From an uncultured Bacteroidota bacterium (lineage in GTDB: Bacteria > CLD3 > SB21): a DNA stretch of 64,000 bases. A model generated the notes under the pieces. That model made no database searches. It had not been told where the DNA came from and saw only the letters and a list, made by a program, of their open reading frames with translations. The stretch is taken from positions 131,240 to 195,239 of the forward strand of contig CAZLWA010000005.1 in NCBI GenBank assembly GCA_964563165.1, written 5' to 3'. Positions 38,666 through 48,531 of the stretch are shown here, piece by piece; the first letter of the stretch is position 1, and each line of letters begins with the position of its first letter. A program made the position numbers and the translations under genes.

Positions 38666-39863
38666 ACAAATTGATTTGATCTATTCCGCCTCGCAGGAAC
38701 GGTGCGGGGTTGCCGTGGGCGAAGTTCTTATTCAGGCCGTATCGGCCGGCATATAATTCAAAAACACGAGCCAGGTGTTCCGCCATAAGGCCTTCGCCGC
38801 TCATACGTTTGCCCCATTCGGAGGTATTTAATTTTCCATTCCGGACCGCTTCAATAGCATGAATGACCTTTTCTTTCTTTGCGGGATATTCACGCTGCAT
38901 CCAGTCGGTGAACAGTTCCTTCAACGCATGCGTTAACCGGACGACCGTAAAGCCGGCCCTGGCCGCTCCCGCCTCGGCTGCGAGGCGCAAAATTTCCGGC
39001 ATTTCGTGATCGTTCAAACCCGGGATTATCGGCGCCGTCATCACGCCGACCGGAATGTCATTTTTTGCTAAGATTTCAATCGCTTTCAAACGGTTTTTGG
39101 GAATGGACGTGCGCGGCTCCATGCGATGAGCCAAGGACACATCCAGCGTCGTTATCGAGATCATCGCACCGCATAAATTCAGCCGGGCTAGTTCCTTCAG
39201 GAGGTCGATATCGCGTGTGATCAGGAAATTCTTTGTTATTATCCGAACGGGATTGCGGTATTTCAAGAAAACTTTGAGCAAATCACGCGTGATCCGGAAT
39301 TTTTGTTCGGCTGGTTGATAACAATCCGTATTGCCGGAAAGGCAGATGGCTTCAGAATTCCAATCGGGTTTTAAAAATTCCTTTTCTAGAAGTGCCGCCG
39401 CATCATACTTTACCAGGATCTTAGTTTCAAAATCCAGGCCGGATGAATATCCTAAATACTCATGGGACGGCCGCGCGTAACAATAAATACACCCGTGTTC
39501 GCACCCCCGGTAAGGGTTGATACTGTAAGTGTAAGGAATGTCGGGAGAATCGTTTCTAGCTAAAATGGTTTTTGTATGGTCACGGATAAATTCGGTTGGA
39601 ACTCTTTTCTCTGCGTCTTCATCACCGATGTCCTCAACAGAGATTTCGGAATGAAATTCATCAAAGCGATTGGCGGGATTGAAACCTGAGGCGCGTCCTT
39701 TAGTTGTTTTTGTAAATTGCTTTTGCGGTATACGGTCAAAATCGTTATATTCAACGACAGTATCTTCTGAAAGATTTTCAGACTTCGAGTCTTTTTGAGT
39801 ATTATTTTTAGCAGGCATAAGTGAAGTTAGATTCTTTTTTTTGAATTTGCAAACAGAATTCAT
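38658..39863 (-). CDS. Radical SAM protein of the SplB / PA0069 family (COG1533, DNA-photolyase-like).
   Basis: CEHGCIYCYA matches the CxxxCxxC radical-SAM motif. It has the family-typical TKGRASGFNPANRFDE N-terminal segment. ATG with a GAGGA site. Confidence 0.75.
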   Translation of the reverse strand: MNSVCKFKKKNLTSLMPAKNNTQKDSKSENLSEDTVVEYNDFDRIPQKQFTKTTKGRASGFNPANRFDEFHSEISVEDIGDEDAEKRVPTEFIRDHTKTILARNDSPDIPYTYSINPYRGCEHGCIYCYARPSHEYLGYSSGLDFETKILVKYDAAALLEKEFLKPDWNSEAICLSGNTDCYQPAEQKFRITRDLLKVFLKYRNPVRIITKNFLITRDIDLLKELARLNLCGAMISITTLDVSLAHRMEPRTSIPKNRLKAIEILAKNDIPVGVMTAPIIPGLNDHEMPEILRLAAEAGAARAGFTVVRLTHALKELFTDWMQREYPAKKEKVIHAIEAVRNGKLNTSEWGKRMSGEGLMAEHLARVFELYAGRYGLNKNFAHGNPAPFLRGGIDQINLFD

Positions 39864-39918
39864 ACAGCGTCCTCTTTAATTCAAGCCAACAGTTCAAATT
39901 CTTATTCCAGGAGATCCT

Positions 39919-42408
39919 ATGTCCCACCGCACCAATTTTGATGAGGCTAAACCAAGGCCGTTTAATCTGCGCCCAAGGCGGGCCGTTTTCTACGATGTCG
40001 CAGAAATAATCAAAGAAAAAGGCACTGAAATTCCGGAAGGCGAGATCAAGTTTTTTGAAGAACTTGACTTGGTGTATCGAACGATGTGCGGTATTTTGTA
40101 TAATTTCGTTCCGCTCTCAGGCCACCCGGGCGGAAGCCTCTCATCGGGGCGCATTGTCGAAGGTTTGCTTTACACTTCGATGGATTATGATTTTGCCAGG
40201 CCGGATATTCCGGAAAATGACATGCTTGCTTATACCGCCGGGCACAAGGCGATGGGACTCTATGGTATGTGGGCTCTGAGAAATGAAATGGTGCGGATTT
40301 CCGATCCGTCTTTGCTTGCGCCGGAGAAAAGACAACTACGCTTGGAAGATTTACTGGGATTCAGAAAAAATGTCACTCAAGGTACGCCACTTTTTGAAAA
40401 ATTCAAATCTATTTCGCTCGATGGCCACCCGTCGTGCATTGTTCCGTTTGTAAAGACGGCTACGGGGCCAAGCGGCGTCGGCGTTCCTGCAGCATTTGGG
40501 CTGGCTTTCGGCGCGCTGGACACTTTTCCTGACGATCCTCCGAAAGTTCATTTGATCGAAGGCGAAGGCGGGATGACTCCGGGCCGGGTGTATGAAGGTA
40601 TCGCCGCGGCGGCATCTGCGCAATTGCACAACGCGATCATGCATATCGATTGGAATCAATCTACCATTGATTCAGACCAGTGCACCGCTGAAGGCGACAA
40701 GCCAGGCGATTATGTGCAATGGGATCCGTGCGAACTCATGTATCTTAATGATTTTAATGTGATTTACGCACCCGAAGGACATAATTTTCATCAGATATTC
40801 ACCGCGCAGAAATTGGCTCTGTCACTTGATTCCCAGGTTCCTACGGCGATCGTTTACCGGACGGTAAAAGGGTGGAGCTACGGTATCACCGGCAAAGCTT
40901 CGCACGGAGCGGGATACAAGTTCTGTTCACCGGAGTTTTATAAATTCATCGGGCCGTTTGAACAGCATTTCAACGCCTCGTTTCCGCGTTTTGCGGGCGA
41001 CGCCAAGAATCCGGTGGATATTGAAAAATACTACTGGGACACGCTGTTGGTCATCCGCGGCGTCTTGAAAAGAAACACGGCGTTAGTGACCAAAGCGACG
41101 GAGAAGATTCGCGCCTCAAAAATCCGGTTGGAAAAAAGAAATATCAAGAAACGCGCCGATGGGCCTCAGCTGGAAAAAATGTATGACGGCGAATTTAGAT
41201 CCACCACAGTCCCGGAAGGAATGCTGCTCAAAACCGGCGAATCCGCCACGGTTCGCGGCCAATTGGGAAAAGTGCTGAACTTGCTGAACAAAAAGACTAA
41301 CGGTGCGCTGGTGGCTACTGCGGCGGATCTATTTGAATCCACGAGTATTGCAGTGGTTAACAAAGGATTCCCGGAGGGTTTGTTTAACGCATTTAAGAAC
41401 CCGAAATCACGCCTTATCGCTGTCGGCGGTATCTGCGAGGACGCGATGGGAGCATTCATGTCCGGCGTTTCCAGTTATCGTCAGCACATGGGTATCAGCG
41501 CTTCGTATGCCGCGTTTATTGTTGCCATGGAGCATACGGCGGCACGCTGTCATGCGATTGGTCAGCAAAACTACTGGGAGCGTACCGGCGAGCCCATGCA
41601 CACCTGGATCATGACGAATGGCCATGCAGGCCCCAAGACCGGAGAAGACGGACCGACGCATGCCGACCCCCAGTGCCTGCAATTGCTTACAGAAGACTTT
41701 CCGAAAGGTAAATTGATCACGCTTACGCCATGGTCCCCGGACGAAGTATGGCCGTTGATGATTGAAGGACTGATGAAACGTCCTGCAATACTGGCGCCGT
41801 TTGTAACACGGCCGGCTGAAACGATAGCAGACCGTGCGAAGCTAAAAATACCCGGCGCGACAACGGCTGTCAAGGGCATTTATGCTTTTCGAAAAGCGGA
41901 CCTGGGGGCGAAACAATACAACGGAACACTCGTTTTGCAAGGCTGCGGCGTCGGAAGCATGTTTGTCAGCAGAGTCCTTGAAAAACTGGACCGTGAAGGC
42001 CTTAATATGAATATCTATTATGTAGCGAGCACGGAATTGTTCAAATTACTTCCGGATAAAGAACAGGAGAGGATCTTTCCTGAGAACTTCAGAACTCACT
42101 CGATGGGAATGACAGACTTCACCCTGCCTACCATGTATCAATGGGTTCGCTGGAATGAAGGGTTGCGTCGAACGCTTTGTCCATTCCGGCAGGGGCATTA
42201 TTTGTCGACCGGTTCGGCCGAGAAAGTTCTTGAGGAAGCGGGGCTACACGGCAAGGGGCAATGGAAGGAAATAGTAAGTTATGCCGGAATGATCGAGAAA
42301 TTGAACCCTCTGGGTGCCGGCCATCCGGGGTTCATCAAGAAAGCGAAGACTTCAAAGGACGGCAAAGGTCAACGGCCCGCGAAAATCAAGCGAAAATCAA
42401 ATAAATGA
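39919..42408 (+). CDS. Transketolase-family thiamine-diphosphate enzyme, atypical long form (829 aa).
   Basis: SGHPGGSLSSG (TPP-binding GHPG motif), TAGHKAMGLYGMW, EGEGGMTPGRVYEG (GDG/MEG-type motif) and GEDGPTHADPQ (the transketolase DGPTHQ motif with H where transketolase has Q). Extra insertions and a Lys-rich C-terminal tail are present. Confidence 0.55.
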   Translation: MSHRTNFDEAKPRPFNLRPRRAVFYDVAEIIKEKGTEIPEGEIKFFEELDLVYRTMCGILYNFVPLSGHPGGSLSSGRIVEGLLYTSMDYDFARPDIPENDMLAYTAGHKAMGLYGMWALRNEMVRISDPSLLAPEKRQLRLEDLLGFRKNVTQGTPLFEKFKSISLDGHPSCIVPFVKTATGPSGVGVPAAFGLAFGALDTFPDDPPKVHLIEGEGGMTPGRVYEGIAAAASAQLHNAIMHIDWNQSTIDSDQCTAEGDKPGDYVQWDPCELMYLNDFNVIYAPEGHNFHQIFTAQKLALSLDSQVPTAIVYRTVKGWSYGITGKASHGAGYKFCSPEFYKFIGPFEQHFNASFPRFAGDAKNPVDIEKYYWDTLLVIRGVLKRNTALVTKATEKIRASKIRLEKRNIKKRADGPQLEKMYDGEFRSTTVPEGMLLKTGESATVRGQLGKVLNLLNKKTNGALVATAADLFESTSIAVVNKGFPEGLFNAFKNPKSRLIAVGGICEDAMGAFMSGVSSYRQHMGISASYAAFIVAMEHTAARCHAIGQQNYWERTGEPMHTWIMTNGHAGPKTGEDGPTHADPQCLQLLTEDFPKGKLITLTPWSPDEVWPLMIEGLMKRPAILAPFVTRPAETIADRAKLKIPGATTAVKGIYAFRKADLGAKQYNGTLVLQGCGVGSMFVSRVLEKLDREGLNMNIYYVASTELFKLLPDKEQERIFPENFRTHSMGMTDFTLPTMYQWVRWNEGLRRTLCPFRQGHYLSTGSAEKVLEEAGLHGKGQWKEIVSYAGMIEKLNPLGAGHPGFIKKAKTSKDGKGQRPAKIKRKSNK

Positions 42409-42417
42409 AGCAGTGAG

Positions 42418-43350
42418 TTAATTTGAAAAGCCTATGGAATGCAGAATGAGATTGGAGTCGGGTGTCTCGAGCTTCAAGACATTCTTGTTCTTGATCACTT
42501 CTTCCGTCAAGCCCTGAAGCGAGCCGATGTTAATGCGGGGAAGCTCAAATCTTCTTTTCTCGAATTCTTTTGAATCACCAAGAGGACAGAGATGTCGAAC
42601 AAGCTGGGCGCTATCTTCCATCGATACAATAGACTCGAGCTCCTCGACCTCGGTGAACGCTGCCTGGATGAAGTATCTGTGATTGCCGTAAGTGAATCCG
42701 TCTTTGAAAACGGTTTCATTCCAAAATCGGTGTCCGTATGGGTAGGATAAGAACATAGTGTCCGAGTCCGTGTATTCAAAAACTTTGCCCAATTCCTCAA
42801 TAATTTCATCGGTATTCAGGCTGTCCAATCTCTTGTGACTTGACGTATGGTTGCCGATGGTCATGCCTTTGGATCTTAGAAAGTCGATTTTCTTTTTTGA
42901 ATCGTAGATCCATGGCGGAGGTCCGTTATTGACATTTATGAAATAAGTGGCCTTCGGATTGTCAAAATAGGATAACAGCACGGCGGTCATGCATGTAGAA
43001 TCCAGGGTTCCATCCTCTAAGAACTTGATTTGACTGACATGGGAATCGTCCAGCGTAATACAAAAGAGCTTTTTGCCGTCACATTCTTTCCTGAAATTGT
43101 TGGAGATCACTTCGTTCAGCCCAACCGGGCAAAAATCACTATCCTTTAGCGCTTTTAAAATAGCTGAAAAATCCTTAATGCTAAGCCGGTATTCTCCCGC
43201 CGAGTAATTACCAATTCGGTGGAAAACCAAAATCGGCACACCCTTCCTTTCATTCGCTTTTTCTTTGCCCGTGTTTTGGCCTGAAGAAATTTGGAACGAT
43301 GCAAGGAAACAGACCAACAGTGAAATGAAGAACTTCGATTTCAAAGCCAT
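42418..43350 (-). CDS. Secreted polysaccharide deacetylase (NodB-homology / CE4 family).
   Basis: The ATG at 43348-43350 gives signal peptide MALKSKFFISLLVCFLASFQISSG. The ORF-track start at 43380 is a TTG. ITLDDSH and HTSSH motifs are present. Confidence 0.65.
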   Translation of the reverse strand: MALKSKFFISLLVCFLASFQISSGQNTGKEKANERKGVPILVFHRIGNYSAGEYRLSIKDFSAILKALKDSDFCPVGLNEVISNNFRKECDGKKLFCITLDDSHVSQIKFLEDGTLDSTCMTAVLLSYFDNPKATYFINVNNGPPPWIYDSKKKIDFLRSKGMTIGNHTSSHKRLDSLNTDEIIEELGKVFEYTDSDTMFLSYPYGHRFWNETVFKDGFTYGNHRYFIQAAFTEVEELESIVSMEDSAQLVRHLCPLGDSKEFEKRRFELPRINIGSLQGLTEEVIKNKNVLKLETPDSNLILHSIGFSN

Positions 43351-43392
43351 CGTAAACTTACCAAGTATTGAGATTGTCAAGCAGCCCGCAGT

Positions 43393-43420
43393 AATATACG
43401 ACTAAATTAGCTGTTTGCAA
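43393..43420 (-). promoter_or_regulatory. Putative sigma-70-type promoter for the deacetylase gene.
   Basis: On the minus strand: TTGCAA (-35, complement of 43415-43420), a 16-nt spacer, then TATATT (-10, complement of 43393-43398). The predicted start is about 36 nt upstream of the ATG at 43350. Confidence 0.3.
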
Positions 43421-43630
43421 TGATATTATGCCGGAATTGCACTTTGTTGAAAAATCGGTACGATAGTTGTTATATAATGATATCAGTCAGCGGTTGGTAT
43501 TGTTTTTAAGCAGTTTAGATCATCTTTTTGACAGTTTTTTGAAGATATTCATCAGTTTTTTGAAATTTTTCTCCTGTTTTGAGGATTTAGGGTTAAGTTG
43601 ACCCCGATTAGTCGGGGGCTCGATTTGAAA

Positions 43631-43663
43631 GCGTCACAGTTATGGGTTCTGTGACGCTTTTTT
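43631..43663. terminator. Intrinsic terminator hairpin. The U-tract is canonical in the + orientation. It lies immediately 3' of the minus-strand lptF/G stop.
   Basis: GCGTCACAG-ttatgggtt-CTGTGACGC (9-bp GC-rich stem, 9-nt loop), followed by TTTTTTATTT on the + strand. A second 6-bp hairpin lies at about 43602-43617. In the minus orientation the stem is followed only by UUUCAAAUCG. Confidence 0.45.
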
Positions 43664-43666
43664 ATT

Positions 43667-44758
43667 TCAGCTTTTGAGTCGGGCAAATATGATGAATCCC
43701 AATATCCCAAAAAAAACATTGGCTATCCACGCGGCTTGAACCGGTCCCAAAGTTAGATCGTAGCCGAAAAAGCGTCCTATCTCAAAAAAACTCCAATAGG
43801 CCAGGCAAATGACCAGCGTGAAAAAAATGTTCATTCCCGCACCGCTTTTTTTGCGCGAAGCGGCCAACGGCGCACCGAATACAACCATAAAAAAACACGT
43901 GAGCGGGTAAGAAAATTTTCTTTGATAATCCACTTCCCACCGCTCCGTGCGGGCGCCGCTGTTCTTAAGCTTTTGAATAAAGCCGCTCAGGTCTGAAAAA
44001 TTCATCTCATCGGGATTGCGCTCGCGTTTCAGGATATCGTCCGGAACAAAAAACAGATCTTTCTTCTCCAGCCGCGTGAAAGTCACCAGTCTTTCCTTAT
44101 TATCCTCAAACGTCCGAGTTGATCCGTTTTTCAACATCCAGACACTTCGGATTGAATCCCAGCCCGCCTCCGCGGCATCCGTACGGCTGATCAACCGGTG
44201 CCCGTAAAATTTCTGAATAGTGATATTGGTCGCTACAATATTTTTTCTGTCAAAGCGCTCAATGAAAACTTTCGTGCCGTCCGGATCGTACATATGGATA
44301 TTATTTCCCGTCATACGGCGTACCGTAGAGGTACGGTCCACATAGGTTTTCCAAAGTTCCGATTTCATGATATTAGCTCCGGGCACGACCGTCTCGCTAA
44401 TCACGAAATCCGCCCCGCTCACTAAGGCCGCAATAAGAATAAGGGGCAAAATCATCCGAAACAAGCTTACGCCGGAAGCTTTGATAGCCGTCAGTTCATT
44501 GAATCGCGCCAAGCTGCCGATCGAAAACAGGCTCGCCATCAGGATATCTACCGGAAGTGTGAGTGTAACAATATTGGGAATGAAATTGAGGTAGTATTGA
44601 AAAATGATTTCACCCGGCACTTTACGGTCGATAAATTTATCCGCATTTTCAACGTAGTTGACCGCAACGAAAATCGTAATCATCGCTATTAATGAAAAAA
44701 TAAGAACCGAAAGAAATTTTTTTATTAAATAGCGATCCAATATGGATAGAATGACCAT
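43667..44758 (-). CDS. LPS export ABC permease LptF/LptG (YjgP/YjgQ) family.
   Basis: 363 aa with 6 transmembrane helices and a periplasmic beta-jellyroll insert. N-terminus MVILSILDRYLIKKF. Confidence 0.8.
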   Translation of the reverse strand: MVILSILDRYLIKKFLSVLIFSLIAMITIFVAVNYVENADKFIDRKVPGEIIFQYYLNFIPNIVTLTLPVDILMASLFSIGSLARFNELTAIKASGVSLFRMILPLILIAALVSGADFVISETVVPGANIMKSELWKTYVDRTSTVRRMTGNNIHMYDPDGTKVFIERFDRKNIVATNITIQKFYGHRLISRTDAAEAGWDSIRSVWMLKNGSTRTFEDNKERLVTFTRLEKKDLFFVPDDILKRERNPDEMNFSDLSGFIQKLKNSGARTERWEVDYQRKFSYPLTCFFMVVFGAPLAASRKKSGAGMNIFFTLVICLAYWSFFEIGRFFGYDLTLGPVQAAWIANVFFGILGFIIFARLKS

Positions 44759-44759
44759 G

Positions 44760-46967
44760 CTAGTCGTTCAGTAATTCAAAATCAATTTCATTCTTTTCAC
44801 GATTCACTTTGACGACACGGACTTTCACTTCATCACCAAGCTGGTGAACGCGTTTTTTTCTCTCGCCGAATAGCCGGTAATTTTTTTCATCATAAGCGTA
44901 ATAATCGTCGTTCATGTCGCGCACGTGAATCAGCCCTTCAATCAAGAAGTCCGTAATTTCCACGAAAATCCCGAATCCCATGACACCGGAAATAATCCCG
45001 TTGTATTCATTCCCGACATGCTGCAGCATGAATTCAACCTGCTTGACTTTCACCGATTCACGTTCCGCTTCGACGGAAATTTTTTCACGGTCGGAGCAAT
45101 GTTTGGCCATGGCCGGTAATTTATCCGTCCACCAGTCGAGACGTTTCAAGTTCATGCCCCGGTCGTATTCTTTGAGCAAACGGTGAACGATCAGATCGGG
45201 ATACCGGCGGATGGGCGAAGTGAAATGAGAATAGTAGTCGAAGGCCAGGCCGAAGTGCCCGATGTTCTTTGGAGAATATTCCGCCTTGGCCATGGAACGA
45301 ATGCCCACTTTTTCGATTAATATACTCTCTTTCGTGCCTTTCGCTTTTTCAATAATACGCTGAATTTCCTTCGGCCTGATCTGATTGTGGCCCTTGGACG
45401 GCGTCAAGTGATAGCCGAACACTTTCAGCAAACGCGCGAAATTCTCCAGTTTTTCAGTGACCGGCTTATCGTGCACACGATACAGAAAAGGATATTCGTG
45501 CTTCTTTTTTCCGTTGCCGTTCTCAAATGAGCCGACGTGGCGGGACACGGTTTGGTTCGCCAGAAGCATAAATTCCTCCACCAACCGGTGACTGTCTAAA
45601 CGGTCCTTGCGATAACATTCAACCGGATGGCCTTCATCGTCAAGCTTGAATTTGGATTCCGGTGAATCAAAATCGATACTGCCTTCGGCCAATCGTTTTT
45701 TCGTGAGAATTTTTGAAAGCCTGTACATGTCGTTAACGGATTTCAAGATCTTATCATCCAAATCGGGTACCACATTTCCGTCGACGATTGACTGCACTTC
45801 TTCGTAGGTAAACCTCCGCGGGCTGTGGATGACCGTTTCGGCAATGTCGTAATCGATTACGTCGCCTTTGGACGTCATTTCCATGAAAACGCTGTAGGTT
45901 AATTTGTCTTCATGCGGACGGAGGCTGCACAGTTCATTGGACAATTTTTCCGGAAGCATCGGTATTACGCGGTCCACCAGATACGTGCTGGTCCCGCGTT
46001 TATAAGCCTCCTTGTCCAATTCAGAATTTTCCTTTACATAATAACTGACGTCGGCAATGTGTACGCCGAGTAAATAATTTCCGTTGTCGAGAATTTTTAA
46101 CGAAACGGCATCGTCGAAGTCTTTGGCGTCGAACGGATCGATCGTAAAACAGACCTCATTTCTCAAATCCAGCCTTCGCCCGGCCTCTTCTTCGGAAATC
46201 TCCGGAGAAATAACGTCGCATTCGGCCTCAACCGCTTTTGGGAAATCAAAATGCAAATCGTGCTTCTTGGCGACGGAAAGCACATCCACGCCCTTTTCAT
46301 CCGGATAACCGAGCACCTCGACGATCCGCCCTTGCGGATTGAGCGATTCATCGTCCCACGATTCCAGCAGCGCGACAACTTTCTGGCCGTTTTTTGCGTC
46401 GTGCATTGCGTTCTTTGCAACGTAAATGTCCCTTCGAATGCGGACATCATCAGGAACGACAAAAGCAAAATCTCCGGTTTGTTCAAACGTGCCAATGACC
46501 CTTGTCAGTCCGCGCGTGACAATGCCCACTATTTCCGCTTCCTTCCGTTTTCCTTTTTGTTTGGTCGTGAGCGGAACAATCGCCACGGTGTCTTTGTTGA
46601 ATGCGGTCTTCATGCGGGAAACGGAGACGTAGAAATCCTCTTCGAAACCTTCCACGGTCACAAATCCCTCGCCGTTCTTATTGACGGAAATGATTCCGAC
46701 CAGCTGATTGGATTTGGATTGCGCCGGTTTGAAAAAATAATATTTTTCCTTCTTGCCGATCTGTCCGTCCGCGATCAACTTGTCCAGGATACGGGTGAGT
46801 TTATTTCGTTCATCCTCGTCGTGGATATCCAGTTTCTTGAACAACTCTTTGGGTTTGTACGAGTTGTGGGAATGTTCCTGAAGAAATTGAACCAATTTTT
46901 TTTCTAATACTTTAATAAAGTCTCCTATGTAATTTGCGTCTGAAACCAAATCAAGCGCTGTCTGCAC
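44760..46967 (-). CDS. rnr: Ribonuclease R.
   Basis: HTH/cold-shock N-terminal domains, the RNB catalytic domain (DPFDAKDFDDAVS) and a C-terminal S1 domain. GTG start. The stop lies 1 nt before the lptF/G start. Confidence 0.85.
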   Translation of the reverse strand: MQTALDLVSDANYIGDFIKVLEKKLVQFLQEHSHNSYKPKELFKKLDIHDEDERNKLTRILDKLIADGQIGKKEKYYFFKPAQSKSNQLVGIISVNKNGEGFVTVEGFEEDFYVSVSRMKTAFNKDTVAIVPLTTKQKGKRKEAEIVGIVTRGLTRVIGTFEQTGDFAFVVPDDVRIRRDIYVAKNAMHDAKNGQKVVALLESWDDESLNPQGRIVEVLGYPDEKGVDVLSVAKKHDLHFDFPKAVEAECDVISPEISEEEAGRRLDLRNEVCFTIDPFDAKDFDDAVSLKILDNGNYLLGVHIADVSYYVKENSELDKEAYKRGTSTYLVDRVIPMLPEKLSNELCSLRPHEDKLTYSVFMEMTSKGDVIDYDIAETVIHSPRRFTYEEVQSIVDGNVVPDLDDKILKSVNDMYRLSKILTKKRLAEGSIDFDSPESKFKLDDEGHPVECYRKDRLDSHRLVEEFMLLANQTVSRHVGSFENGNGKKKHEYPFLYRVHDKPVTEKLENFARLLKVFGYHLTPSKGHNQIRPKEIQRIIEKAKGTKESILIEKVGIRSMAKAEYSPKNIGHFGLAFDYYSHFTSPIRRYPDLIVHRLLKEYDRGMNLKRLDWWTDKLPAMAKHCSDREKISVEAERESVKVKQVEFMLQHVGNEYNGIISGVMGFGIFVEITDFLIEGLIHVRDMNDDYYAYDEKNYRLFGERKKRVHQLGDEVKVRVVKVNREKNEIDFELLND

Positions 46968-47013
46968 CTGATGTTACCAACAGGATAAAAAAGTTGAACA
47001 GGAAAAGCAAAGT

Positions 47014-48531
47014 TTATTTTCGTTTGACGATTGCCGCAAAAAGTTCGCGCTCCTCCTGATGGAGAAACCACTTCCAACCCACGGCCAGATACGACGCGGT
47101 AAAAAGCGCCATGCCCGCTATTTGGATAGTCAATTGAAAGTCATCATTCAACAAATAGTTCTGAATAGCTTTGAAGGCCCCATAAAAAATCCCGCCCAAT
47201 AAGAAAATATTCAACACATTCCACCGGAGCGGCCTAAGTCCAAGCTTGCGATATAGTTGGCCCAATTGAAGGCAGGCCGTCAGGACGCATGCCAGGCAGC
47301 TTCCTAAGGCCGCCCCCATAATGCCGTACGAGGGGATTAAAAAAAAGTCCGCGATTAAATTAACGCTCACAAAAAACACGCTGTTAAACAAATTCAAATA
47401 CGGGAAACCGGACATTACCAATACCGGTTCGATAGTTGAAAAGACGGTATGAATAGCAATGCCGAAACAGGTGAGCGTAAGCGCCGAAGCGGCATAGATG
47501 AAATCGTTTCCATACGCAGACAGCACCGTGCTTCCAAAAACGGACATCAGAACAAAAAAACCGCAACTTAGAAATAAACTTACCCGGATAATGATCGCGT
47601 AAATATTTTCCAGCGCCTGCGAATTATTTTGCTTTCGCATCTCGACCACGACCGGCATCAAAATCGGATCGGTGGCCTGAGGTATACTGCGCATGGTATT
47701 GGCGATATTGAGAATGATCTGAAACATGGCAACGTGCGCGCTTGGAGCCAGGATACTTAACGGTATGAGGTCGACTTTAAGAGTGACCATAGAAAGGAAG
47801 TCGGCGCACATAACGGGCAATCCAAATGAAAGAACGCGCTTCCAATTCGCCCAAGTCGGCCAATGCAGAAAAAGCTTTTTAAGAGAAAAATGTTTTCTAA
47901 AATAATATAAGCCAAACGAGGATCCCCATATGAAACCGGCGATTTTCGCATAAAAAGGCCCGTTCAATGACACAAGAATAAAAAATACAGCACCCAGAGC
48001 AAGCAAATCTATTAAGGGCTCGGTAACGCTTCGGACGTACACCCAGAATTTCATGATTTTAAGGCCGCGCGTCGCCGAGAGTAAAATGACGGTCGTGCAA
48101 TAGAACGGCGCCGACCAGCACATGATCTTCAAATAACCTTCGATCGGGGGTTTGTCGAGAAACACCGCGAAATCGTGGGCGAACAAGTATACGAGGCCGA
48201 CCAGTAATCCGCTGAGGATGTAACTGAGAATAATGCAGCTCAGAATGCCGCGATAACTTTCTTCTTCATTGCCCTCTCTATTCTTTGCAACGAAATCAAT
48301 GACCAGCCGATGCGCGCCAAAATAACAAAAAATGAAGCACAGGTTGATCGTGAACCACGTTGTACTGAAGTAGCCGAACAGGGTCTGTCCTAAAACCCGC
48401 GCGGCAATAATGTCGAAAGCAAAATGCGACAGCCTTCCGAAATTCCCGAGAAGATTAATGACCGCACCGACGGCAACTTCACGCGTTTCGGATGCTGTTT
48501 TGATAGGGTGTTGAGGATCCAAACTATACAA
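47014..48531 (-). CDS. MOP-superfamily polysaccharide flippase (Wzx-like).
   Basis: 505 aa with about 12-14 transmembrane helices and an oligosaccharide-flippase-like profile. The TTG start overlaps the GT4 gene by 8 nt. Confidence 0.6.
   Translation of the reverse strand: MYSLDPQHPIKTASETREVAVGAVINLLGNFGRLSHFAFDIIAARVLGQTLFGYFSTTWFTINLCFIFCYFGAHRLVIDFVAKNREGNEEESYRGILSCIILSYILSGLLVGLVYLFAHDFAVFLDKPPIEGYLKIMCWSAPFYCTTVILLSATRGLKIMKFWVYVRSVTEPLIDLLALGAVFFILVSLNGPFYAKIAGFIWGSSFGLYYFRKHFSLKKLFLHWPTWANWKRVLSFGLPVMCADFLSMVTLKVDLIPLSILAPSAHVAMFQIILNIANTMRSIPQATDPILMPVVVEMRKQNNSQALENIYAIIIRVSLFLSCGFFVLMSVFGSTVLSAYGNDFIYAASALTLTCFGIAIHTVFSTIEPVLVMSGFPYLNLFNSVFFVSVNLIADFFLIPSYGIMGAALGSCLACVLTACLQLGQLYRKLGLRPLRWNVLNIFLLGGIFYGAFKAIQNYLLNDDFQLTIQIAGMALFTASYLAVGWKWFLHQEERELFAAIVKRK

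Noticed and set aside
43466-43484. Fur-box-like TATAATGATATCAGTCAGC.
   Set aside because: It matches the 19-bp Fur consensus only over ATAATGATA, about 9 of 19 positions. That is within chance for AT-rich intergenic DNA.
43381-43630. + strand small-RNA promoter, using the TTGACA at 43528-43533.
   Set aside because: No acceptable -10 element lies at a 16-18 nt spacing. The nearest candidates, GATATT and ATCAGT, are poor or wrongly spaced. The terminator is kept as a feature, but I cannot support an sRNA call.
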